Positions 17,379-26,099 of a DNA stretch of 56,039 nt are shown piece by piece (position 1 is the stretch's first letter; each line of letters opens with the position of its first letter). The notes below the pieces were generated by a model. That model saw only the letters and a list, made by a program, of their open reading frames with translations, was not told the DNA's origin and made no database searches. Source of the stretch: Candidatus Levyibacteriota bacterium (lineage in GTDB: Bacteria; Patescibacteriota; Microgenomatia; Levybacterales; UBA12049); the NCBI GenBank assembly GCA_003173895.1, contig PJMG01000003.1:1-56039 (forward strand), given 5' to 3'. The position numbers and the translations under genes were made by a program.

Positions 17379-18560
17379 ATGATAAAAAATAGAAATTTAT
17401 TCATAATTGCACTAATCGCTTTAGTAAACATGCTGGGGTATGGAATAGTAATTCCTATTCTTTATGCATATTCTCGAAAGTTTGGTCTTTCTGATTTTCA
17501 GAATGGACTTTTATTCGCCAGTTTTTCTATTTGTCAATTTATCTCCACTCCTATTATTGGACGTTTATCAGATAAGTATGGGAGACGTCCCATGCTTTTA
17601 ATTTCTATTATAGGAACTGCCCTTTCATTTTTTATCATGGCATTTGCACCTAATGCAGCATTTTTATTTATTGCTAGATGTTTAGATGGTTTAACGGCAG
17701 GAAATATCCCAGTCGCCTTTGCTGTAATTTCTGATTCCACTAAACCTGAAGATCGAGCTCGTGCTTTTGGTCTAATTGGTTCTGCTTTTAGCTTTGGATT
17801 TGTTTTTGGTCCTGCTATTTCTGCTTTTACTGTAGGACTTGGAAATTCCATACCTTTTATAATAGCTGGAATAATTACACTTATCGCTGTTATTTTAACA
17901 GCAATTTATTTACCTGAAACAAATAAACATATGGGTGAAGTTCAAAAAGGTAAACTCTTTGATTTCCCATTATTAGCTAAGACACTTTTTGATCCCAATG
18001 TAGGTGCTACATTTATAATTTCTTTAATATTTTTCCTGGCATTTGCCTGTGGTATTATTTACGGATTTCAACCATTTACGCTAAAAGTTCTACATCTTAG
18101 TCTATCTTCAAATGCTGTGTTATTTACTATTTTTGGTATCGTAGGGCTAGTAGCGCAGAATTTTATAGTTCATCGCGTGTCTAAAAAATTAGGACTTAAA
18201 AAGGCATTTTCCGTAGGAATTATATTTACTGCTTTTTCATTATTTCTTATGTTTTTATCTAGAAATTTAGTATTTTTCACAGCAGCATCTATTATCATGG
18301 GTGTATTTAATAGTATAGTTCAAACACTTTTACCCACCATCCTATCTCAGGAAGCAGATGCTAAATCTCAAGGTTCGATCATGGGTTTAAATGCTTCATA
18401 CCAAAGTATAGGAATGATAGTGGGTCCTATCTTAGGTGGAATAGTAGCTACCATTACTATCACATTACCGTTTTTAGTAGGAAGTATTTTAATAGCTGTT
18501 TGTTTTTTTATTTCTTTCCAAGTGTTAAAACCAGGTATTCATAAAGAAACCGCATTCTAA
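17379..18560 (+). CDS. MFS transporter
   Basis: 12-TM profile; GRLSDKYGRRP loop 2-3 signature. Confidence 0.85.
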   Translation: MIKNRNLFIIALIALVNMLGYGIVIPILYAYSRKFGLSDFQNGLLFASFSICQFISTPIIGRLSDKYGRRPMLLISIIGTALSFFIMAFAPNAAFLFIARCLDGLTAGNIPVAFAVISDSTKPEDRARAFGLIGSAFSFGFVFGPAISAFTVGLGNSIPFIIAGIITLIAVILTAIYLPETNKHMGEVQKGKLFDFPLLAKTLFDPNVGATFIISLIFFLAFACGIIYGFQPFTLKVLHLSLSSNAVLFTIFGIVGLVAQNFIVHRVSKKLGLKKAFSVGIIFTAFSLFLMFLSRNLVFFTAASIIMGVFNSIVQTLLPTILSQEADAKSQGSIMGLNASYQSIGMIVGPILGGIVATITITLPFLVGSILIAVCFFISFQVLKPGIHKETAF

Positions 18561-18635
18561 AATTTACCAAATTCTATTCAAATTCTTACATAAAATTTAT
18601 TGTAAAAACTTCTTTAAATAATTTAATCTTAAATT

Positions 18636-19034
18636 ATGCCATCAGTAACTAAAGCAGATGAAAATACTATTATAGAAAATAATCCAATTCTTAATATTGC
18701 CATAGACATTGAATTTAATGTATCACTCTTTAAAGACAGCGATAATCCAGGTACCACTATACAACTTTCTGCAAGTCTTAAACAATTTGATTCTCCTATA
18801 GAAAACGCTACAGTGACGGCTCATGTAACCCGTCCAGATGGTGCTAAAGCAACTTTCCCATTTCAAAAAACCCATCCAGGGCATTTTAAAGTAAGCTACA
18901 ATGACACTAATTATCCAGAGCACCCAGGTAACTATATATTTAGAGTTCGTGCTAAAGGTATTACTAAAACTAATGTCCCTTTTAGTTTAGAAAAAACACT
19001 TGCTGGATACATTTCTTCTGGAGATTATACTTAA
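18636..19034 (+). CDS. hypothetical protein
   Basis: 132-aa ORF, no motif recognised. Confidence 0.45.
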   Translation: MPSVTKADENTIIENNPILNIAIDIEFNVSLFKDSDNPGTTIQLSASLKQFDSPIENATVTAHVTRPDGAKATFPFQKTHPGHFKVSYNDTNYPEHPGNYIFRVRAKGITKTNVPFSLEKTLAGYISSGDYT

Positions 19035-19071
19035 TTTGGAATTATTTAACGTCTTCTGTTAGACTAAATCA

Positions 19072-19776
19072 ATGCTAGTTCCTCTTCGCTACATTTATTT
19101 CTTAGGATCACTTATTTCTTTTATTATTTGGTTAATTATATTTTTCCTAAAACCAGATTTAAGAAAATCTATGCTAAAAGTAAGCGTTTTTTTAGGACTT
19201 TATGCTTTATTTTTTGAATATTTTTGGTGGACGAGAGACTGGTGGCACCCAGAAACTATAACTTATACCAGGGTAGGGGTAGAAGATTTTTTAACAGCAT
19301 TGGGTGCAGGTGGGATCATAATGGCTATTTATCCGCTGCTTTATCCTAAAAAACACTTAAAGCCAATCAGTAAAAAAACTAACACTTTAAAAGGAATTTT
19401 ATTAATCTGGCTGCAAATTTTTATCATGATTTTATTTGTCCAGATTTTTAGATTCACTTCTTTTTACGCCACAGTCATTATGTATGCCGTAAGTACTTTA
19501 ATACTTTGGTATCTGAGGCCAGATTTAATAAAAATGTCACTTATCACAGCAGTAATAATAGTTATCGGCGCGATTCCTCTTTATGATTTACTGTTTTACT
19601 TAACGCCGGAATTCGTAAAACAAACTTGGGTTTTAAATAATTTATCTCATATTTTTCTTTTAGGTATACCAATAGAAGATTTAATTTTTTTCTTTTTGCT
19701 AGCTACATTCGCCGCTCCTTTTTACTGGTACATTAATAATGAAGAATTCGTTAATAGCTTAAAGAGCAAGAAATAA
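19072..19776 (+). CDS. polytopic membrane protein (weak lycopene-cyclase-domain resemblance)
   Basis: About 7 TM segments; VGVEDFL and IPIEDLIFF resemble the paired hPhEE motifs. Confidence 0.4.
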   Translation: MLVPLRYIYFLGSLISFIIWLIIFFLKPDLRKSMLKVSVFLGLYALFFEYFWWTRDWWHPETITYTRVGVEDFLTALGAGGIIMAIYPLLYPKKHLKPISKKTNTLKGILLIWLQIFIMILFVQIFRFTSFYATVIMYAVSTLILWYLRPDLIKMSLITAVIIVIGAIPLYDLLFYLTPEFVKQTWVLNNLSHIFLLGIPIEDLIFFFLLATFAAPFYWYINNEEFVNSLKSKK

Positions 19777-19822
19777 AAGTCCAAATTGACTTTTTGCTTG
19801 GTTGTTGCTATTCTTACACCTA

Positions 19823-21223
19823 ATGAATAATACAGGTTGGAAAATATATTTTTGGGTTTATTCTATTTTTGAAGGATTAGATATAGTTACTTCTATTTTT
19901 AATTTTCATTCACTTAGCATTGGAGATTATATAGATAGAATTTTAAGTGTTACGATAGCTATTGCCTTATTTGCTTTTGCATACAATAAAAAGATTGTAA
20001 GTCAATTGTATTGGAGAATTTATTTTTGGTTGATTATGGCCTATATATCAATCCAAATTATATATTCTTTCACTCCGTGGAGATTTGCCTCAAATATACT
20101 TTTAGGAAAATATACCACGCAGGTATATAATCAAGTTCCTGTTAGTTTATCTATTGCTATAGGTATTCCATGTACCCTGCTTTGTTTACCCATATTTTAT
20201 GTGCTATTTGCTTTAGCATATAAAAATGTTTTTAAGAAAGAAAAAATGCCTGAGAATAAAGACCTAAAAACCTCTGGTTTATCTATAGCTAGTTTAGTTT
20301 TAGGACTTTCAGGTTTAATCTTTGGTCCATTAACTACGATTCCAGCTTTTATTACAGGTGTTATATCTTTATTTAAAATTAAAAAAGGTAAAGTAAAAGG
20401 GAGTGGTTTAGCTTGGACAGGAATTACTATCTTTATTGTCCAGAGCTTCTTTATATATTGGTTTACGATTTTGGTAGTTTATATTGTTTTTCTTCCAGGA
20501 TTACGTACAGGCTATCAAGATGCTGTAAAGCATATGAGTCCTGCTGAATCTAAATTCTATAATGAAAAGCTCTCAAAAATTAAACAAGATAGTGATGAAG
20601 CATATGTAGTAAAAGTTTTAGGTAAACCTAAGAGTATCTCCACTATTGGTAATGCTACTACTTATCAATATTCTTGTCCTGATAAATTTACTCTTAATTG
20701 TTCCTATTCTATTACCATTACTGACCATGCTGTAAGTAATATTTATTGGATGGACTTGAAAAGATTCTATTTTACTAGAACTTTTACTGATTTAGATAAA
20801 ACTTATTATTTCGATAATTATGATGTTACTTTTACACTTCAGCCAGGTTGGTCAGAATATACTTATAGTGCTGATGATTTAAAGAAAGATCCAAATCCAC
20901 CTCTTACCTTTACTAGAGTTAATGGAACTGGTGTGATGTATGCAGATGAATTTACTTTGGATAAACCATTTGATATCAATGATCATATTAAATCTATTGA
21001 TTTAGGTGAACCAGTAAACGGAGTTAAAAAATCAGTAAAAAACGGTGTAAGTTACTATGAGTTAGAATTTAAAAAAGATAAAGATTTTTATAATATGACT
21101 TATATAGTAAAACCTGATGTAGCACTTTTATTCACTTATTATAATCCTAATGGTGCAGCAGATTCTAGTGAACTCTCAGACGTTAAGAAAACCATCGCTA
21201 CAGCCGACGCAGAGAAAAAATAA
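19823..21223 (+). CDS. hypothetical membrane protein with soluble C-terminal domain
   Basis: Long ORF; first ATG at 19823 (the track start at 19802 is TTG). Confidence 0.5.
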   Translation: MNNTGWKIYFWVYSIFEGLDIVTSIFNFHSLSIGDYIDRILSVTIAIALFAFAYNKKIVSQLYWRIYFWLIMAYISIQIIYSFTPWRFASNILLGKYTTQVYNQVPVSLSIAIGIPCTLLCLPIFYVLFALAYKNVFKKEKMPENKDLKTSGLSIASLVLGLSGLIFGPLTTIPAFITGVISLFKIKKGKVKGSGLAWTGITIFIVQSFFIYWFTILVVYIVFLPGLRTGYQDAVKHMSPAESKFYNEKLSKIKQDSDEAYVVKVLGKPKSISTIGNATTYQYSCPDKFTLNCSYSITITDHAVSNIYWMDLKRFYFTRTFTDLDKTYYFDNYDVTFTLQPGWSEYTYSADDLKKDPNPPLTFTRVNGTGVMYADEFTLDKPFDINDHIKSIDLGEPVNGVKKSVKNGVSYYELEFKKDKDFYNMTYIVKPDVALLFTYYNPNGAADSSELSDVKKTIATADAEKK

Positions 21224-21244
21224 GTTTCTGCTATAATTTTCTAA

Positions 21245-21745
21245 GTGAAATCTTTAAAATTTTCCTCAGAAATTAAAATTATCGGTGTAAATCCTTTTGT
21301 CTTTCTTCCTGAAAAAATATTATCAGCACTATTTATATCTTTTGGTAAAGATCGCGGACCAATCCCAGTCAAAGGTACTATTAATGGGAAACCATTTATC
21401 CAAACTTTAGTGAAATATCAGGGTGCCTGGCGGCTGTATGTAAATGGCATTATGATAAAAGCTACAAGAGTAAAAGTAGGTGGCACAGCAGACTTCGTGA
21501 TTGCCATAGATAAAAATTCACGCGAAGTTTTCATGCATCCGCAGTTTAAAGCGACACTTGAGAAAAATAAAAAAGCTAAAGAAACATTTGAAAATTATGC
21601 GCCTTCTCGCAGAAAAGAGATTAATAGATATTTAAATAATTTAAAAACAGAAGAAACAAGGAAGAAAAATATTGAAAAAATTGTAAAATATTTAGCGGGA
21701 GAAAAAGTGGAATATCATGTATTGTTGAGAAATAAAGAAAAGTAA
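21245..21745 (+). CDS. DUF1905 / YdeI-OmpD-associated family protein
   Basis: GPIPVKGTINGKPF..L (DUF1905-like) plus C-terminal PSRRKEINRYL..LKTEETRKKNIEK (YdeI-like). Confidence 0.6.
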   Translation: MKSLKFSSEIKIIGVNPFVFLPEKILSALFISFGKDRGPIPVKGTINGKPFIQTLVKYQGAWRLYVNGIMIKATRVKVGGTADFVIAIDKNSREVFMHPQFKATLEKNKKAKETFENYAPSRRKEINRYLNNLKTEETRKKNIEKIVKYLAGEKVEYHVLLRNKEK

Positions 21746-21790
21746 TTGTTTCTGCTTGCATAGAATTTTAGGTTATGAAATAGTAATTTT

Positions 21791-22378
21791 ATGAGGAAAT
21801 ATTTTCTCATTTTTGGCCTTATTAATTTTATAGCTCTACTAGTAGCCTTTTTACTTTCATTAAATGTAATTATCGAGTACTTTAGTTATTTTACAGTTCT
21901 TAGTAATATACTTATTACAGCTGTTTTTATTTATATAGGAATTACACCAGATAAAAAAAATAAAAAATCTCATCTTTTCCATAAAGTTTATGGACCGGCA
22001 GTATTGTACATGTGTATTACAGGGATAGTGTACTGGACTATTCTGCATGGAGGTAAACAACTAACCACAGATGTAGAGTGGATTACTCTAGTTCTACATG
22101 GTTTTATGCCCATAGCAGTAGTTATCGGATGGATAATTTTTCCACCTAGACCTAATTATTCATGGAAAGTAGTTTTTACCTGGCTCATTTTTCCATCAAT
22201 CTTTGTAATTTATACACTTACTCGCGGATTATTCGTAAACTGGTATCCATATCCATTTCTTAATCCTAATATAGGTGGATATAATGGAGTAGCTATATGG
22301 ACGATAGGAATTTTAACTGGTGCTTTTATAGTAGGCCAAATCCTCCGCTGGATTTCAAAAATTATCTTACCTAAATAA
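21791..22378 (+). CDS. Pr6Pr-family-like membrane protein
   Basis: 6 TM segments; YFTVLSNILI motif. Confidence 0.45.
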   Translation: MRKYFLIFGLINFIALLVAFLLSLNVIIEYFSYFTVLSNILITAVFIYIGITPDKKNKKSHLFHKVYGPAVLYMCITGIVYWTILHGGKQLTTDVEWITLVLHGFMPIAVVIGWIIFPPRPNYSWKVVFTWLIFPSIFVIYTLTRGLFVNWYPYPFLNPNIGGYNGVAIWTIGILTGAFIVGQILRWISKIILPK

Positions 22379-22403
22379 CTAATAATTCAAAGTTGTCGTG
22401 AAA

Positions 22404-23276
22404 TCACAATGCTATAAGTAAAGTTCCTAAAATCATTATACATGCTCCAAATGCTTTATCTTTTAATTCTGTTTCCTTAAAGAAAATTCCTCCCAAAATG
22501 ACAGAAAATAATGAGGATAAACTAAATAAAGCAGTGGCGTAGCCTATGTGAGTAGTGGCGAAAGCTGAATAGGCAAAAAATTGGCCCAGTGCATTTAATA
22601 ATCCAAATAAAATAAATAGCCAGGAATATGATTTTAAAGCTAAGTGGGTCTGTTTAATTCGTTTTGTCATAAAAAATGAAAGAAATATAGAAACAAAAAT
22701 CCAATCAATTAAAGAAGCAAATAATGGTACAGTAGGTTGAGTTTGGAAAATTGCTTTTTTTTGGAAAATTGGTGTAATGCCATAAATAACCATGGTAATA
22801 AAGAATAAATCCACTCCTTTATTAGTTAATAATTTTTTAATAGGCGTAAGAAAACCATTTTTTATATGAGAAATATATAAACAGTATGCTCCAAAAACGA
22901 TAGTTAAAACACCTAATAATTTTAAAACTGTGGGTACTTCATGTAAAAATAAAAATCCAAATAAAGTTGCAAATACAGGCGTAAATGCAGAAAGAGGTGA
23001 TAAAACAGAAATTGGTGCGTGCTTCAAAGCCCATGTGGATGAAATAACTGCTACGGTATCCAAAAGTCCTGAACTGAGTAAAAGGATAAAAAATAATGAA
23101 TTTACTTTTGGTATGCCACCAAAAAATATTAAAATTATTAAAAATATAAAAGGCAAAGAAAAAACTGTTTGTATAAGACTAAGTACTACTAGGTGAACAT
23201 TTTTAGTCAGATGTTTGGTAAGAGAAGTGGTGATAGCAGAATCCAGAGCTTTAAATATAGAAAGATATAGCCACAT
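22404..23276 (-). CDS. EamA/DMT family transporter
   Basis: 10-TM duplicated EamA-like architecture. Confidence 0.8.
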   Translation of the reverse strand: MWLYLSIFKALDSAITTSLTKHLTKNVHLVVLSLIQTVFSLPFIFLIILIFFGGIPKVNSLFFILLLSSGLLDTVAVISSTWALKHAPISVLSPLSAFTPVFATLFGFLFLHEVPTVLKLLGVLTIVFGAYCLYISHIKNGFLTPIKKLLTNKGVDLFFITMVIYGITPIFQKKAIFQTQPTVPLFASLIDWIFVSIFLSFFMTKRIKQTHLALKSYSWLFILFGLLNALGQFFAYSAFATTHIGYATALFSLSSLFSVILGGIFFKETELKDKAFGACIMILGTLLIAL

Positions 23277-23523
23277 AGGGATATTTTATAATTATCGTAT
23301 TTGATTTTACAATTATAAAATTCGCAATTTAAGGAGTGAAAGTTAAATGAAGATGATAGTCAAGACTTCAACGCAGCTTAGGATTTAAAAAGTAAACATT
23401 AAGAAAATAAATGCAAATAATTAATCTTAGCTTATCTCAAGCTTAAACGGTATTTTATTTTTGACCCTTGACATAATATATTCTTATAGTCTATTATGGA
23501 GAATATAAAAGAATTATATAAGT

Positions 23524-24330
23524 ATGACAGAAGAAGTTAATAACTTAACAACTAATCCAGAAAAAAATATAAAAAGAAAAAAAGGAATATTTCCCCGATT
23601 ATCTCTTAAAAAGACTTTTGAAATCCCTAAAACAATTTATGATTTGGGGCAAGGAGAACCAGTTAGAAGACTTAAAATATTTGATTATCTAAAAAAATCT
23701 CCACAAAGTGGTCCTAGTAGAATGTTGATTACAACATCTGGAATGTATGGATTAACTATTGGTAGTTATGGAGCAGAACGTTTAACTCTTACAGAGTTAG
23801 GTAAATCGCTTGTAACAACTACTTCAAATAAAACTAAATTAAACTTATCCCTAGATATTCTTTTTAAGAATGAAATATTTAGTAAATTTATTGAATATTG
23901 GAAAGATAAAGCATTACCCTCTGATGATATAGCTCAAGATTGGTTAATTAGAAATAGCGATTTAACTAAACAAGATGCAGAAGCGTGTTGGGCTATTTTT
24001 AAAGAAAATATTTTAGATAATAATTTAACTCAAGTTTTATCTGGAAAAACTACAATTGTTTCCAAAACTGTAGCTTTGGAAACAATAGAAAACGATGAAT
24101 CCATAATTGAAACTAGTATAGAAGATAAAACAATAGTACCTCATAAAAATGAGGATATAGAAAATAAAAGAAATATTATTAATGATCCTAAACCGTTTGG
24201 CGCACAGGTTGTAGAGAGAGATTTTAAATATGGAAGAGCAAGATTGATTCTTCCTGGCGAAATGACAAAAGATGAATTAAAAAAAATACATACTTTAATA
24301 GATTCAATGGTTACTGAAGTCAATGAGTAA
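23524..24330 (+). CDS. hypothetical protein
   Basis: 268-aa ORF; no motif recognised; immediately precedes the tRNA-like gene. Confidence 0.5.
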   Translation: MTEEVNNLTTNPEKNIKRKKGIFPRLSLKKTFEIPKTIYDLGQGEPVRRLKIFDYLKKSPQSGPSRMLITTSGMYGLTIGSYGAERLTLTELGKSLVTTTSNKTKLNLSLDILFKNEIFSKFIEYWKDKALPSDDIAQDWLIRNSDLTKQDAEACWAIFKENILDNNLTQVLSGKTTIVSKTVALETIENDESIIETSIEDKTIVPHKNEDIENKRNIINDPKPFGAQVVERDFKYGRARLILPGEMTKDELKKIHTLIDSMVTEVNE

Positions 24331-24336
24331 TAACAT

Positions 24337-24453
24337 AGAGGGATGGCGCCATAAGAGGTCGAAAGGTATTAGGCTCCAAACCTAAATAGCAGAGCGAAGA
24401 ATGTAGTACATTTTGAAGTGAAGCCATCGCAGGTTCGAATCCTGCTCTCTCTA
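24337..24453 (+). tRNA. tRNA-like gene: Trp-type anticodon loop (CCA), aberrant D region, 43-nt extra arm
   Basis: Acceptor AGAGGGA/TCTCTCT (one G.U); T arm GCAGG-TTCGAAT-CCTGC; anticodon arm TTAGG-CTCCAAA-CCTAA; 117 nt overall; no canonical D stem. Confidence 0.45.
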
Positions 24454-24473
24454 CGATCGTTTATCCTATAATC

Positions 24474-24502
24474 TTGACTAAAGGAGTTTTTTATTTTATA
24501 AT
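24474..24502 (+). promoter_or_regulatory. near-consensus promoter TTGACT-17-TATAAT
   Basis: TTGACT 24474-24479, TATAAT 24497-24502; drives only a ~50-nt hairpin region. Confidence 0.45.
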
Positions 24503-24505
24503 AAA

Positions 24506-24554
24506 AGTACATTTCAAAATGTACTAACAAATGACCTCCACAAGGGGGTTTTTT
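24506..24554 (+). ncRNA. candidate ~50-nt small RNA / hairpin plus terminator
   Basis: agtacatttcaaaatgtact palindrome, then cctcc-acaa-ggggg stem and T6 run. Confidence 0.3.
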
Positions 24555-24588
24555 GTTAATGGAAATTCTATAATTCTTATTTTCCCTC

Positions 24589-24616
24589 TTGCATAATTTT
24601 TTAAAAATACTATTAT
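24589..24616 (+). promoter_or_regulatory. putative promoter TTGCAT-16-TATTAT
   Basis: TTGCAT 24589-24594, TATTAT 24611-24616. Confidence 0.35.
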
Positions 24617-24622
24617 TAAGAA

Positions 24623-24667
24623 GTCCTAAGGGAGTTCTCAGGGGAGCTTCTTTAGGACATTTTTTTA
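24623..24667 (+). terminator. intrinsic-terminator-like hairpin
   Basis: gtcctaag...ctttaggac stem followed by a T7 run. Confidence 0.5.
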
Positions 24668-24711
24668 TATTCTTCTTGACATCTTATTTCTGAACTGTAA
24701 AACTCATATTA

Positions 24712-24909
24712 GTGAGCAAAAAGAAAGTGGCTAAACATATGCATATTGATTTTATACTTCTAATTAAATCTCTTACTACAGGATTTATAGCTGGAGTAGT
24801 GTTTTCATTATTAAAATTACCAATTCCTGCTCCTTCTGAATTCGCATCCATCGTAGGAATTTTAGGAGTATTTTTAGGCCTTATGGCTGTCCGCTTTTTT
24901 ATCCACTAA
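24712..24909 (+). CDS. XapX-domain (DUF1427-like) small membrane protein
   Basis: GFIAGVVFSLLKLPIPAPSEFASIVGILGVFLG; GTG start (alternative ATG at 24739). Confidence 0.55.
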   Translation: MSKKKVAKHMHIDFILLIKSLTTGFIAGVVFSLLKLPIPAPSEFASIVGILGVFLGLMAVRFFIH

Positions 24910-24962
24910 TTTGCCACAAATTTTTTTGTATCAGGAGTCTTAAATTGATATAATCTTTCCGT

Positions 24963-26096
24963 ATGTCATCTGTTTCATGTGGTATTGTAGGACTTCCCAA
25001 CGTTGGGAAAAGTACTTTATTTAATGCTTTATTAAAAAAACAGCAGGCTTTAGCTGCGAATTATCCATTTGCGACGATAGAACCCAATGTCGGAATAGTG
25101 CCAGTGCCGGATGAGAGATTATTGGCGTTGGCCAATATTGTCGCAGGACGAGATCCTTCGACTCCTCCGCCAGCTGGCGGATTCGCTCAGGATGACAAAG
25201 TGTTACCTCCTATTAAAAACGCGATGGTGGAATTCGTAGATATCGCAGGGTTAGTGAAAGGCGCTAGTCAAGGAGCAGGTTTAGGAAATAAATTTTTATC
25301 ACACATTAGAGAAGTCAGTGTAATTTGTCATGTGGTGCGTGCATTTACTGATGAAAATATTATTCGCGAAGGAAGTCAGGATCCAGAAAATGATTTCGCT
25401 ACCATTCAAACAGAATTGATTTTAGCTGATCTTCAATCTATTCAGAATCAGGAAGTAAGAATTAAAAATCCAGAGCAACTAAAATTGTTAAATCGTATAA
25501 AGGCAGATCTTAATAATGGAATTCCAGTGAGAAATATGAATTTTACTGACGAAGAAGCGGAGTTAGTAAAAAATTTATTTTTATTAACTGCTAAGGAAGA
25601 AATGATAGTTTTAAATGTAAATGAGGATGAATATTCGCCTATGAATGATGAAATACTAATTAAAAAATACGCTGATTTACTGGAAATTGATAGAAATAAA
25701 ATAGTAGTAATTTGCGCTAAAATCGAATCAGAACTTTCAGAATTAACTGAAGATGAACAAAAAGCTTATTTAGCAGACCTCGGATTTGAAACATCAGGAC
25801 TTGAAAGACTTATTCGAAAAGCATACTCGACTTTAGGTTTAATTAGTTTCTTAACCTGTGGTGAGAAAGAAGTTAAAGCTTGGACTATAGAACGTGGTAC
25901 TACAGCTCAGTATGCGGCAGGTGAAATTCATACAGATTTTATTAAGAAATTTATTAAAGCAGAAGTAGTTTCATATGATGAATTTGTTAAAAATAATGGA
26001 TGGAAGGGAAGTCGCGAGGCTGGGAAAGCCAGATTAGAAGGAAAAGATTATATAGTTTCTGATGGGGACGTTATTGAGTTTAAGATTGGGGCATAA
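24963..26096 (+). CDS. ychF: redox-regulated ATPase YchF
   Basis: GIVGLPNVGKSTLFNAL, DIAGLVKGAS, C-terminal TGS/YchF domain; nested repeat insertion. Confidence 0.95.
   Translation: MSSVSCGIVGLPNVGKSTLFNALLKKQQALAANYPFATIEPNVGIVPVPDERLLALANIVAGRDPSTPPPAGGFAQDDKVLPPIKNAMVEFVDIAGLVKGASQGAGLGNKFLSHIREVSVICHVVRAFTDENIIREGSQDPENDFATIQTELILADLQSIQNQEVRIKNPEQLKLLNRIKADLNNGIPVRNMNFTDEEAELVKNLFLLTAKEEMIVLNVNEDEYSPMNDEILIKKYADLLEIDRNKIVVICAKIESELSELTEDEQKAYLADLGFETSGLERLIRKAYSTLGLISFLTCGEKEVKAWTIERGTTAQYAAGEIHTDFIKKFIKAEVVSYDEFVKNNGWKGSREAGKARLEGKDYIVSDGDVIEFKIGA
25146..25197 (-). repeat. family C repeat with family D palindrome (25166-25181) nested in its loop, in frame in ychF
   Basis: ggacgagatccttcgactcc-tccgccagctggcgga-ttcgctcaggatgacaa; translated GRDPSTPPPAGGFAQDDK. 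Confidence 0.85.
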
Positions 26097-26099
26097 AAT

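Noticed and set aside
23347-23388. 13-codon mini-ORF (MKMIVKTSTQLRI) with a good AAGGAG SD in the 23277-23523 spacer
   Set aside because: It is too short to support. It has no conserved leader-peptide features and no obvious attenuator structure downstream.
23277-24453. Genomic island integrated at the tRNA-like gene
   Set aside because: There is no integrase, no direct repeat of the tRNA 3' end, and no compositional break visible in the window.
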